This document shows positions 1 through 9,385 of a DNA stretch of 32,000 nucleotides, piece after piece. The translations under genes were made by a program, and so were the position numbers. Numbering within the stretch: the first letter of the stretch is position 1; each line of letters starts with the position of its first letter. The notes below the pieces were generated by a model. That model did no database searches and had not been told where the DNA came from. It saw nothing but the letters and a program-made list of their open reading frames with translations. Source of the DNA: an uncultured archaeon (GTDB lineage Archaea; Asgardarchaeota; Lokiarchaeia; Sigyniarchaeales; Promethearchaeaceae). The DNA lies in contig CAYRPF010000003.1 in the NCBI GenBank assembly GCA_964426185.1, forward strand, positions 1 through 32,000, given 5' to 3'.

Positions 1-387
1 AATTACTTAAATGATGAATTCTATGGAGAATGTAATAGCATAGATAATATATTAAAAATAGGCAGTAAGATTTACCATCTGAAGAGTTTTCGATATGAAC
101 CGTCGAATCGGACTAGTTCTCTTGTTTATTATGAAAGATCTGCTGGAATATTAATAATAGGTTGGAATTTGCTTGAGCTTCCCTTTTTTGCACATGAGTT
201 TGGAATTTTAAAAACTAGCGGGTTATATGATTTAAACTTGATACAAACCGATTTTGTTATTCCCTATGAAATCGATGAAGATAATTCAGTGGTTAATAAC
301 AATGATTACAGTGCGATAATTATTTTGGGAGTTGTCGTTTCAAGCGTTGTAATCTTGTATGTAATTATATCCAAAAGAAGAAAGTAA
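1..387 (+). CDS. 3' part of a membrane-anchored/surface protein (5'-truncated by window edge)
   Basis: Frame 1 is open from base 1 (NYLNDEFYGECNSID...) to TAA at 387, so the 72-aa track ORF is only its tail. It ends in a hydrophobic helix plus basic tail (AIIILGVVVSSVVILYVIISKRRK). Confidence 0.7.
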   Translation, partial: NYLNDEFYGECNSIDNILKIGSKIYHLKSFRYEPSNRTSSLVYYERSAGILIIGWNLLELPFFAHEFGILKTSGLYDLNLIQTDFVIPYEIDEDNSVVNNNDYSAIIILGVVVSSVVILYVIISKRRK

Positions 388-397
388 TACTATAATA

Positions 398-1060
398 GTG
401 TTTTTTAAAAAAAGAGGTCAAACCAAAATGACAAAATCAAAAAATTTTTTCTTTCACTATAATCGAACTACTTTAATCTATTTTCTAATTATAGTATTAA
501 TTCCGAGTTCTCTTTATGGAATTTATCAAGGTTCTTTAACAATGTCTTTTAATCACATGAAATCTATAAGGGGTGAATTAGAAACAGATTTTATTATGAA
601 TATTCCAAGTTCTGATTATGAAAATATATATGAAACAATATATAACGACATCGTAAAAAATAGCTCTCAAAAAGGCAATTTAGAAATCATACAGTTTCTA
701 ACTGGGAACCTTGTTATTGATATTAATGGCACACTTGTTGATATTTATTTTTGTAATTGGTCGAAAATATCTCAAATCGAGCGATATCAAAGCAAATTTT
801 CTTTTCTTTCTCATATAAATTTTGATGAATTTCATCATAATCATATGATTGTTAGCCAAAATCTGACGGAAAAATTGAAATGGGAGCAAAATACTTTAGT
901 TTCACCAACAGGAATATCTATTTTTTTTAATAAATCAATTAGTTTAGATAATATATCGATATCTCATATAATTGAACAAGATTCTTTATTCTATATCATA
1001 ATCTTATCTAAAATATTCTTCTTATTTTTTTGTCGAATAAAAAAACTATCTTCATGGTAG
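398..1060 (+). CDS. Hypothetical membrane protein, possibly a truncated fragment (ABC permease-like layout)
   Basis: One N-terminal TM (TLIYFLIIVLIPSSLYGIY) followed by a soluble domain. The C-terminus degenerates into low-complexity AT-rich sequence. No diagnostic motif. Confidence 0.4.
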   Translation: MFFKKRGQTKMTKSKNFFFHYNRTTLIYFLIIVLIPSSLYGIYQGSLTMSFNHMKSIRGELETDFIMNIPSSDYENIYETIYNDIVKNSSQKGNLEIIQFLTGNLVIDINGTLVDIYFCNWSKISQIERYQSKFSFLSHINFDEFHHNHMIVSQNLTEKLKWEQNTLVSPTGISIFFNKSISLDNISISHIIEQDSLFYIIILSKIFFLFFCRIKKLSSW

Positions 1061-1148
1061 ATCAACTTTGATCAGTAAAAAATTGTCACTTTTTAGGTCA
1101 GATGAACTTCAAATTACCTTTTAATACCTGAAATTTCATAAGAATGAT

Positions 1149-1943
1149 ATGAAAATTGTCTTCCATCCTCGTTTTTTGCACGAAATAGACGACACTCCCG
1201 CAGGTGAAATCGGGCGTCTGGAACCCAGTTTAGAATTGCTAAAAGCTAATTATCCCGATCCAAGAATATTTGTGAAACCAAAGACGGCAACAATGGAAGA
1301 TTTACTTCGTGCTCATTCTTCTGCCCACATCGCATCAATCAAAAATCATTACTCTCGTACTCATCCACAGCTTTATGAAATGGCTCGATTAGCGGCTGGG
1401 GCTGCACTAGAATGTGCCGAACTTGCTGTTAAAGGTAAACCTACATTTGGATTAATTCGCCCACCCGGTCATCATGCTTCAGCGAATTCAAGCTGGGGAT
1501 TCTGTTATTTCTGCAATCTGGCAGTAGCGCTACTTTATCTTAGGGAAAAATATAAGAAAAAACGTGCATTCATTCTGGACTTTGATCTGCATACAGGAGA
1601 TGGAAATATCAACATATTAAGATCTTATGGAGGGAAACACCGGCAAGATTATGAGATTCTCAACCCGAATGCACAATCAGAAGGTATATATTTAGAAGTT
1701 GTGCAAGAAGCGTTGGATAATGCCCGAAAATGCGATATCATAGCAGTTTCTGCAGGCTTTGATCAAGGTTTGGAAGATTGGGGGAATCTTTTGTCCGAAA
1801 ATGCCTATTTAGAATTGGGAAAAATGATAAAAGATTTTTCTGATGAACGATGCGGGGGAGTAAGATTTGCTCTGTTAGAAGGAGGTTATAACCCACAAGC
1901 AATGGCCCGTCATATTGGAGCGTTTTTAAAGGGATTTTTTTGA
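1149..1943 (+). CDS. Histone deacetylase (HDAC/AcuC) family Zn-dependent amidohydrolase
   Basis: RPPGHHA, GFCYF, DFDLHTGDG, SAGFD and LEGGY motifs. Confidence 0.95.
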   Translation: MKIVFHPRFLHEIDDTPAGEIGRLEPSLELLKANYPDPRIFVKPKTATMEDLLRAHSSAHIASIKNHYSRTHPQLYEMARLAAGAALECAELAVKGKPTFGLIRPPGHHASANSSWGFCYFCNLAVALLYLREKYKKKRAFILDFDLHTGDGNINILRSYGGKHRQDYEILNPNAQSEGIYLEVVQEALDNARKCDIIAVSAGFDQGLEDWGNLLSENAYLELGKMIKDFSDERCGGVRFALLEGGYNPQAMARHIGAFLKGFF

Positions 1944-1954
1944 TAGAAAAATGT

Positions 1955-1977
1955 GCCGTTTAAAACGGCCTTTTTTT
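1955..1977 (+). terminator. Hairpin plus T-tract after HDAC gene
   Basis: GCCGTT-TAA-AACGGC followed by C and T7. Confidence 0.55.
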
Positions 1978-2087
1978 GAAAAAAAATCGAGGAAAATGTG
2001 AAATGTTGTATAAATCTTCCCATTAAAAGCTTTTGGTCTAAAAAACCCTAAATTTTATTTTTTTTGCTACATTAAATTCCTTAACTC

Positions 2088-2126
2088 TCCTTCTTCTTGC
2101 AATTATTTTATCACATAGAAGAAGGA
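2088..2126 (+). promoter_or_regulatory. 10-bp inverted repeat upstream of ppdK RBS
   Basis: TCCTTCTTCT (2088-2097) / AGAAGAAGGA (2117-2126). RBS GGTGA at 2140-2144. Confidence 0.45.
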
Positions 2127-2151
2127 ATCGAAAAAATTAGGTGAAACTAAA

Positions 2152-4845
2152 ATGACCGAAAAAATGGTCTATATGTTTGATGAAATTGATCCGAATCAAT
2201 TTGAATCTACCGAAAAATTAAAGGAGTTTTTTGGTGGAAAAGGTGCTGGTTTAGCTAATATGACCTCTCTCGGATTGCCAATTCCTTATGGATTTAACAT
2301 TCCTTGCAAATTCAGCCTATATTATGCCGAGCATAAGAAGTGGCCTGATGGACTTAAAGATCAAATCATAGAAAGCATAAAAAAACTCGAAACTCGTAGC
2401 AATTACTTTTTTGGAGATGTCCAGAAGCCATTATTGTTATCTGTTCGCAGTGGTGCTCCAGTTAGCATGCCTGGGATGATGGACACTGTCTTAAATCTTG
2501 GCATGACTCAAGAAATTGCCGAGGATATGGCTAAAACCAATGGTCGTTTTGCCTGGGACTCTTGGCGTCGATTTATCATGTCATATTCTGACATCGTTCA
2601 AGAAACTGGTCGTGAACCTTACGATTATATCATGGAAGAATACAAAGAGAAAAAGGGTAAAAAACTCGATATCGAATTAGATGCGGCCGAAATGCGTGAA
2701 TTAAGCAATTTATACTTAGTTGAATATGAAAAACTTCTGGGTAAAAAATTCCCCATGGATCCATGGGAACAACTTTTCGGAGCGATTAATGCAGTTTTTC
2801 AATCTTGGGACAGCGAACGAGCAGTTGCTTATCGTAAAATGAATAAAATTCCAAATTATGGAACTGCCGTTAATGTCATGCGCATGGTTTTTGGAAATCG
2901 AAACGATAATTCTGGCACAGGTGTTCTCTTTACTCGTTCTCCTATGGATGGAGAAAAAAAAGTAATGGGCGAATATTTGGTAAATGCTCAAGGAGAAGAT
3001 GTTGTTGCAGGTGTTCGAACACCTATTAGTTTGGAAGAATTAGCTCAAGATAATCCTAACATTGTGAACCAAATTTATGACTTAGCCCATAAATTAGAAG
3101 ATCATTATAAAGATATGCAAGATTGTGAATTTACCGTCGAAGATGGAAAGCTCTATTTTTTACAAACACGTACTGGAAAGCGGACTGCTTCTGCTGCCGT
3201 AAAAATTGCTATTGATATGTTGGATGAAGGTTTTATTGACGAAAAGACCGCTGTTTTACGGGTGGAGCCTTCAAAAATCGAAGAATTGCTTCACAAACGT
3301 ATTTCACCAAATGAACGTAAAGCTCCTTTAGTGAAAGGTTTTAATGCTTCTCCTGGAGCAGTATCTGGAAAAGCTATTTTTGATTGTGACCGAGCAATCG
3401 AAGCGAAAAAAGCGGGTGAAAAAGTAATTTTAGTGCGTAAAGAAACCAAACCTGAAGATTTCCCTGGAATGGTTGCCTCTGTGGGAATTTTAACTTCTCG
3501 GGGGGGTAAAACATGCCATGCTGCCGTTGTAGCTCGAGGGATCGGGCTCCCTGCTGTGGTAGGTGCAGGTGATTTAGAAATTGATGAAGAAGCTGGCATT
3601 GCCAAAGTAAGTGGCCAAATTTCTTTCAAAGAAGGTGACATCATTTCAATTGATGGATTGAATGGTAATGTTTATGTGGGAGAAGTAGAAGTTGTAGATC
3701 CCGAAATAACCGGTTCATTCCAGCGTTATTTAGACTTATGTGATAAATATCGCAAATTAGGTGTTCGAACTAACGCTGATACACCTCAAATGGCTAAAGA
3801 TGCAGTGAAAAACGGAGCAGAAGGTATTGGCTTATGTCGAACTGAACGTATGTTCAATGCTCAAGATCGTCTTCCAAAAGTGGTCAAAATGATCGTAGCT
3901 GAAGATTTGGAAGGTCGTGAAAGAGCATTGAAAGAACTCGAACCATTACAATCTGGAGATTTTTATGAAATTTTTAAAGTAATGGATGGTAAACCTGTCA
4001 CAATTCGACTTTTGGATCCTCCTCTTCACGAATTTTTACCCGATTATAAATCCATGCTCGTAGAATTTACCGAATTACGGGTGAAAGGGGATAAAGGCGA
4101 AAGGTATAAGGAATTAGAATTTATGCTTCGTAAATACGAAGAATTAAAAGAAGAAAACGCCATGTTGGGTCATCGAGGTGTGCGCTTAGGCAATACCAAT
4201 CCTGAAATTTATAAAATGCAGGTGCGGGCTTTAATGACGGCATTAGTCGAAGCTCAAAATGAGGGTATTGATGTACATTTGGAAATTATGCTCCCACTGG
4301 TATCACATGTAAACGAATTTGTTCGGTTGAAATCAATTCTTAAACCTTTAGCTGAAAAGATCTTAGCTGATGCCAATTTCACTCCTAAAAATGCAATCAA
4401 ATGGGGTACTATGATTGAAATTCCACGTGCCGCTTTGACTGCAGAGGAAATCGCCAAAGAAGCCGAATTTTTCTCCTTTGGAACCAATGATTTAACCCAA
4501 ATGACTTTTGGTTTTTCAAGAGATGATGTGGAAGGAAAATTTCTACTCAAATATATCGATGATATTGTGCCTCCTATCATGAAAGAAAATCCATTTGAGC
4601 ATATAGATGTAGATGGAGTCGGCAAATTGGTGAAAATGTGTGTGAGAGACGGTCGAAAAGGTCGAGCTGAAGCACACAATGAACATTTAAAAGTCGGTAT
4701 CTGCGGAGAAGTAGGTGGAGATCCAGACACCATTATGTTCCTTCAACAAGTTGGCTTAGATTATGTCAGCTGCAGTCCATTCCGTGTTCCTGTAGCTCGA
4801 GTTGCTGCTGCTCATGCCGCAATTAAATATCAGAAAGAAGAATAA
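2152..4845 (+). CDS. ppdK: Pyruvate, phosphate dikinase
   Basis: GGKGAGL, LSVRSGA.SMPGMMDT, phospho-His motif GGKTCHAAVVARG, GIGLCRTE, FSFGTNDLTQ, GICGE; 897 aa. Confidence 0.98.
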   Translation: MTEKMVYMFDEIDPNQFESTEKLKEFFGGKGAGLANMTSLGLPIPYGFNIPCKFSLYYAEHKKWPDGLKDQIIESIKKLETRSNYFFGDVQKPLLLSVRSGAPVSMPGMMDTVLNLGMTQEIAEDMAKTNGRFAWDSWRRFIMSYSDIVQETGREPYDYIMEEYKEKKGKKLDIELDAAEMRELSNLYLVEYEKLLGKKFPMDPWEQLFGAINAVFQSWDSERAVAYRKMNKIPNYGTAVNVMRMVFGNRNDNSGTGVLFTRSPMDGEKKVMGEYLVNAQGEDVVAGVRTPISLEELAQDNPNIVNQIYDLAHKLEDHYKDMQDCEFTVEDGKLYFLQTRTGKRTASAAVKIAIDMLDEGFIDEKTAVLRVEPSKIEELLHKRISPNERKAPLVKGFNASPGAVSGKAIFDCDRAIEAKKAGEKVILVRKETKPEDFPGMVASVGILTSRGGKTCHAAVVARGIGLPAVVGAGDLEIDEEAGIAKVSGQISFKEGDIISIDGLNGNVYVGEVEVVDPEITGSFQRYLDLCDKYRKLGVRTNADTPQMAKDAVKNGAEGIGLCRTERMFNAQDRLPKVVKMIVAEDLEGRERALKELEPLQSGDFYEIFKVMDGKPVTIRLLDPPLHEFLPDYKSMLVEFTELRVKGDKGERYKELEFMLRKYEELKEENAMLGHRGVRLGNTNPEIYKMQVRALMTALVEAQNEGIDVHLEIMLPLVSHVNEFVRLKSILKPLAEKILADANFTPKNAIKWGTMIEIPRAALTAEEIAKEAEFFSFGTNDLTQMTFGFSRDDVEGKFLLKYIDDIVPPIMKENPFEHIDVDGVGKLVKMCVRDGRKGRAEAHNEHLKVGICGEVGGDPDTIMFLQQVGLDYVSCSPFRVPVARVAAAHAAIKYQKEE

Positions 4846-4849
4846 TATT

Positions 4850-4881
4850 AAAAATGAAGCCATATAAGGGTTTTCATTTTT
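4850..4881 (+). terminator. Hairpin/T-rich terminator after ppdK
   Basis: AAAAATGAA...TTCATTTTT inverted repeat followed by T-rich tracts. Confidence 0.5.
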
Positions 4882-4887
4882 CGTGAC

Positions 4888-4912
4888 ATTTTTTTCAGAT
4901 TTTTTTCAGATT
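4888..4912. repeat. 11-bp tandem duplication (ATTTTTTTCAG x2)
   Basis: 4888-4898 and 4899-4909 are identical. Confidence 0.7.
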
Positions 4913-4969
4913 AGTTTTTCTAATTTTGAAGTTGGAAAAATTTTTGTGTTATCCCACTAATTTCCACCC

Positions 4970-6121
4970 ATGCTGAAAAATAGTGTGCAAGATCCCGCCT
5001 CGCTTACCGTTGAGGAACGTCTGGAACTCTTAAAATCTGTTGGAACTGGAGGCGAAATTACCGAAGATGAAGGTCAGTTGCGATGGTTGCTGGAAAATCG
5101 TAAACCCTATGAGATTATTGCGTATGATGGCTTTGAACCATCCGGAAAAATTCATATCGCCCAAGGTTTGCTGCGCGCCATAAACATTAACAAATTCACC
5201 TCTGCGGGGGTAAAATTTAAAATGTTTGTAGCCGATTGGCATGCGGCAGCCAATCAGAAATTTGGTGGAGACTTGGATGTTATAAAAAAAGTAGGGGATT
5301 ACTTTGTAGAAGTCTGGAAAGCTTGCGGAATCAATCTCGAGCACGTAGAATTTATTTATGCCAGCGATTTAGTAAAGGATCCGAATTATTGGGAACTTGT
5401 GCTAAAGATATCGATGAATACCAGTCTTAAAAGAGTACTAAGGTGCACACAGATCATGGGTCGTAATTCGACCGATGCCCTTCAATCTTCTCAAATCCTC
5501 TACCCGTTAATGCAATGTGCGGATATCTTTGTATTGAAAACCGATATCTGTCAATTAGGGCTGGATCAGCGAAAAGTAAATATGTTAGCTCGGGAAGTTG
5601 CGAAACCTCTGGGATTTCATAAACCTGCAGCTATTCATCATCACATGTTAATGGGTTTGGGAAAGCCACCCGAGAACAATATGGATGAATTGGACAAGAA
5701 AATTGCCCGTAAAATGAGTAAATCTGACCCGAACAGTGCGATATTCATGCTTGATACTCGAAAGCAAATCCAAAAGAAGATTGGGAAAGCTTGGTGCCCC
5801 CCGCAACAGATTGAAGAAAATCCTGTATTGGAGTACTGCAAATACATTATATTTGAAAGATTTGATGAATTTAAGGTAGAACGACCAGATCAATATGGCG
5901 GTAATATTACTTATTCCAATTACGATGATCTTGCTAAGGCGTATACGGCGGGAGAATTAAATCCTGTTGATTTAAAGAATACTGTTGTGAAGTATTTGGA
6001 TGAATTGATTACTCCAGTAAGGGAGCATTTTGCGAAGAATTCTAAAGCCAAAGAGCTTAGTGATTTTGTGCAAAAAGCAATGGAAAAGCAATTTAAATCA
6101 AGTAAAAAAGGTAAAAAGTAA
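4970..6121 (+). CDS. tyrS: Tyrosyl-tRNA synthetase (archaeal/eukaryotic type)
   Basis: YDGFEPSG.IHIAQG (HIGH-like), YPLMQCAD, GLDQRKVN, KMSKS. Confidence 0.97.
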   Translation: MLKNSVQDPASLTVEERLELLKSVGTGGEITEDEGQLRWLLENRKPYEIIAYDGFEPSGKIHIAQGLLRAININKFTSAGVKFKMFVADWHAAANQKFGGDLDVIKKVGDYFVEVWKACGINLEHVEFIYASDLVKDPNYWELVLKISMNTSLKRVLRCTQIMGRNSTDALQSSQILYPLMQCADIFVLKTDICQLGLDQRKVNMLAREVAKPLGFHKPAAIHHHMLMGLGKPPENNMDELDKKIARKMSKSDPNSAIFMLDTRKQIQKKIGKAWCPPQQIEENPVLEYCKYIIFERFDEFKVERPDQYGGNITYSNYDDLAKAYTAGELNPVDLKNTVVKYLDELITPVREHFAKNSKAKELSDFVQKAMEKQFKSSKKGKK

Positions 6122-6192
6122 AAATTTGCTTTAAATTTTTTAGTATTTTTTCAGTAAATTTTGATCGAATTAGTATCGATAAATTCCAGCAA

Positions 6193-6366
6193 TTAAATTA
6201 AGCTGGGATACAAAGTATGTTCTATCATGCGTAAAATATCAGGATTTTCATCTGGATCAGTGATAAAACCATCCAGTCGTCCTTCATAGTCAATCATGAG
6301 GACATCGGCTTCAGTGTTGTAAAATTTAAACACATTTCTTATTTTCTGTTCAGTTGCATTTGACAT
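6193..6366 (-). CDS. Unannotated small acidic protein, 57 aa
   Basis: MSNATEQKIRNVFKFYNTEADVLMIDYEGRLDGFITDPDENPDILRMIEHTLYPSLI*. GGTAGTG RBS-like sequence upstream and a BRE/TATA-like AAATCTTTAAATA at 6418-6430 (minus strand). It fills an otherwise 500-bp gap. Confidence 0.7.
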   Translation of the reverse strand: MSNATEQKIRNVFKFYNTEADVLMIDYEGRLDGFITDPDENPDILRMIEHTLYPSLI

Positions 6367-6630
6367 GTTTTTACACTACCAATTAATTATTTGTATAAAT
6401 GATCTTTTTAATAAAGTTATTTAAAGATTTCACCATAATTCCTAAGATTATTAGTGTGGATCAAGAATGTTATCTTGAAAGCCAATTGGATGATTGAGTT
6501 AAATTTTTTCCTAATTTTGAATTATTTTGAATTTGGGGGATTTTCTCTATACGAGAAATCAAATTTACCCGCTTTTTAAGAAATTAAAAAAAAACCTTTT
6601 TTAATAGTCAGAAGTTTTAAAATCAATATA

Positions 6631-8136
6631 ATGGACAATTTTTGCGAGCATTTTCTCCACAAATTTGTAAATCCTAGTTCAGTGGCTGTTTTCGGGGCGA
6701 ATGAAAGAATTCCTGAAAACATGGGGGCTTTTCAATTACTTACATTAATCGATAATGGTTATAAAGGAAAAATCTATCCTATCCACCCAAAGATTACTAC
6801 TGTTTTTGGAAAGAAAGCCTATCCTTCAGTAAGTTCTGTTCCGGGTCCTATAGATTTAGCAGAAATTATTCTTTCAAAACGGCATGTGCCCAAAATTCTG
6901 GAGGAATTGGGTGAGCATGGATGCAAAAATGTAATTATCGTTACTGCTGGATATCGGGAGCAAAATAATGTTAATGATCAGCAAGAACTCATTGAAATTG
7001 CTTCCAAATACGGAATGCACATATTAGGTCCTAATTGTATCGGAATTTTAAACACACACACTAAAGTATCTCTAGATTCTCCAGAAGAGTGTATCTTGAA
7101 CACGACTGTGCAATCATACAATCAGAAGCCCGGAAAAGTATCAATCATCAGCCAAAGCGGCACATTTGTCTCTCATAGTTTTATGCTCCTGGAAGAGAGA
7201 GATCTTAACTTATCTAAAACCTTTTCGGTAGGGAATGAAGCCTCTATTGATATTTGCGATTGTCTCAGCTATTTAGGAGAAGACCCCGAAACTGAAGTGA
7301 TTTTACTCTATATTGAAGAAATTAAGCGGGGGAGGTTGTTTTTTCAATTGGCTCGTGAGATATCTCCACGTAAACCGATTATTTGTTTATATGTGGGTGG
7401 CTCGGAAGGGGGTGCCAAAGCAGCTCTGTCTCATACTGGTTCCATGGGAGGAAATGATAAGATATTCGATGGAATGTGCCGGCAAACCGGTATAGTGCGT
7501 GTAAAAACCTTGGAAGAACTATTGGATACTGCTTCAATCTGCTCAAAATTACTACCCAATGGGGTATTATTAAAAGGAAATCGAGTGGCAGTTGTTACTA
7601 ATTCAGGAGGGCCAGGTGCCACTATGGCAGATCAAAGTTCTCGATTGGGATTTAAAATTCCGGATTTTTCAGAAAAGCTTCAAATAAAAATTCGCAAGTT
7701 TATGCCTCCAACCGCCCAAACAACTAATCCTTTAGATTATACATTTTCATTGAATCCGGTATTTTTTTATCAATCAGTTCCAAAAATTATTGCCAAATCT
7801 AATGAATTAGATGCCATGTTGGTTTATGGGGCTTTAGGAAATAGTTTTTTCCGCTATCAAAATGAAGGCGGAAAAGTACTTAATTCGGATATTAATGTGA
7901 AAAAGATGCAAAATTGGATTGATCTCAGTAAAGATAGTATTAAATCTGCCTTGAAACTAATGCACAAGTATTCGTTTCCGATTATCAATGTAATTTTTTT
8001 GGGATTAAAAGAACCTATTTTTCAATTTCTAAATGAAGTGGGATTTCCCACCTTTAAAATGCCGCATCAAGCCGTAAGAGCTTTAAAAAATTATCAACTT
8101 TATTGTGATTGGTTAAGGAAATCAATAAATAAATAA
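6631..8136 (+). CDS. ADP-forming acyl/acetyl-CoA synthetase, alpha-subunit-like (CoA-binding; no ATP-grasp beta domain)
   Basis: P.SVAVFGA, GPNCIG, SQSG, SVGNEA, phospho-His ALSHTGS, TNSGGPG, NPLD. Confidence 0.9.
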   Translation: MDNFCEHFLHKFVNPSSVAVFGANERIPENMGAFQLLTLIDNGYKGKIYPIHPKITTVFGKKAYPSVSSVPGPIDLAEIILSKRHVPKILEELGEHGCKNVIIVTAGYREQNNVNDQQELIEIASKYGMHILGPNCIGILNTHTKVSLDSPEECILNTTVQSYNQKPGKVSIISQSGTFVSHSFMLLEERDLNLSKTFSVGNEASIDICDCLSYLGEDPETEVILLYIEEIKRGRLFFQLAREISPRKPIICLYVGGSEGGAKAALSHTGSMGGNDKIFDGMCRQTGIVRVKTLEELLDTASICSKLLPNGVLLKGNRVAVVTNSGGPGATMADQSSRLGFKIPDFSEKLQIKIRKFMPPTAQTTNPLDYTFSLNPVFFYQSVPKIIAKSNELDAMLVYGALGNSFFRYQNEGGKVLNSDINVKKMQNWIDLSKDSIKSALKLMHKYSFPIINVIFLGLKEPIFQFLNEVGFPTFKMPHQAVRALKNYQLYCDWLRKSINK

Positions 8137-8159
8137 AGAATAAAAAAATAAGTCAATAT

Positions 8160-8471
8160 TTAATCGTAATTAGTTGCTTCAAATAAATCTTCAAATGCAT
8201 CACGCTCATCCTCCGAAATGGATGGTTTTTTCTCTGATTCTTCAATAATGGGCGTTTTTAGCACTTGTTTCTTTTCTTTTTTCTTTTGCGATGCTTTATT
8301 TCGTTCAACTTTCTTGTATTGTTTCATTTCTTCAGTCATAGGGTATTCTTTATTACAGATTTTACAATAAAGTGTCTGAGTCCGCCGTTTAGGTAGAAGT
8401 ATATTTCCACATACTGGGCAAAATCCAAAAGCTGATTTTACTGCACCTTTTTTGGTTTTGATTGTGCTCAT
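8160..8471 (-). CDS. RpoM/TFS-like N-terminal zinc-ribbon protein lacking the C-terminal TFIIS ribbon
   Basis: FCPVCGNILLP...LYCKICN matches the RpoM/Rpb9 N-ribbon and is followed by a Lys-rich linker and acidic tail. ATG at 8471 is preceded by GGTGAT RBS (track start GTG 8480). Confidence 0.75.
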   Translation of the reverse strand: MSTIKTKKGAVKSAFGFCPVCGNILLPKRRTQTLYCKICNKEYPMTEEMKQYKKVERNKASQKKKEKKQVLKTPIIEESEKKPSISEDERDAFEDLFEATNYD

Positions 8472-8757
8472 TAAGATCACCGTTTTGTTTTTTTATCCGT
8501 TTTTATTGTTGATTTATTCAATGTTGCTCCGAGTCTAAATTTCAGAGGATTGTGAATAATTTCTACGAACTTTTTAAGGGGATACAAGTTTTTAAAGGTT
8601 TACATACCAAAACTTAACAATTGGATCTGATTTCTATTTATTGGATAACTTTCTTCCATTATCCAAAATATGATCAAAATGAAAAAGAAAATATTTAAGG
8701 TATTTATTGTAATTATAATTGTAGAGTATTAGTTTTAGTTTTAAGTAAATTAAATTA

Positions 8758-9171
8758 ATGTTCGATAAAAGCATTCATGGCAAACGTTGGTGCAGAATCT
8801 TGGAAGAAGAAGCGCAGTTAAATTATTTATTACGGGAACTTATGCAAAAAATTGAAGGATTAGATAGTGCGGCATTAGTATCACGCGAAGGATTGATTGT
8901 ATCGGCTGTTTTAGAAGAAGGAATCAGTGATATGCATATCGCGGCTATGTCTGCAATTATTTTATCGACATGTGAGCGAGTTTTAATGGAATTGAAAAAA
9001 GGCTCATTAGATATTTGTATCATCCAAGGTAGCGAAGGTAAATTCTTAGTAATGCAATGTGGTGAAGATTACATTATCGTTGGTGTATTAGATGCTGACG
9101 CTCGCATGGATTTAGCTTTTGTAAATATGCGAGCTACTACAAACAGGATAATTGATATTTTAGAAGAGTAG
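8758..9171 (+). CDS. Roadblock/LC7 (MglB-like) domain protein
   Basis: L..L...IEGLDSAALVSREGLIVSA...IAAMSA...EL..G.L...IIQG.EG pattern. The true start may be the TTG near 8800. Confidence 0.92.
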   Translation: MFDKSIHGKRWCRILEEEAQLNYLLRELMQKIEGLDSAALVSREGLIVSAVLEEGISDMHIAAMSAIILSTCERVLMELKKGSLDICIIQGSEGKFLVMQCGEDYIIVGVLDADARMDLAFVNMRATTNRIIDILEE

Positions 9172-9385
9172 TTTTTTCTTATTTTCTCGAGCTTTATAAC
9201 TGTGTTTATAAATTTCCTAGTTAAAACAATGATTTAGTAAATTGATAATAAGCCAGTTTTTATATAAAAACATAATATTTGTAATATAGAAGAAATGAAA
9301 GTATATTCGGCCAAAATTTGGATATTCTCTTCAAATGTTTGAGTCGGATTGTTCTGGCTTTCAAATTGTGAAAAGGGTTAGTATC

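Noticed and set aside
1941-1946. TGA stops of HDAC (and of the M42 peptidase at 21798-21800) as Sec codons
   Set aside because: The HDAC TGA is followed immediately by TAG. M42 read-through gives low-complexity AT-rich sequence. Both proteins are already full length.
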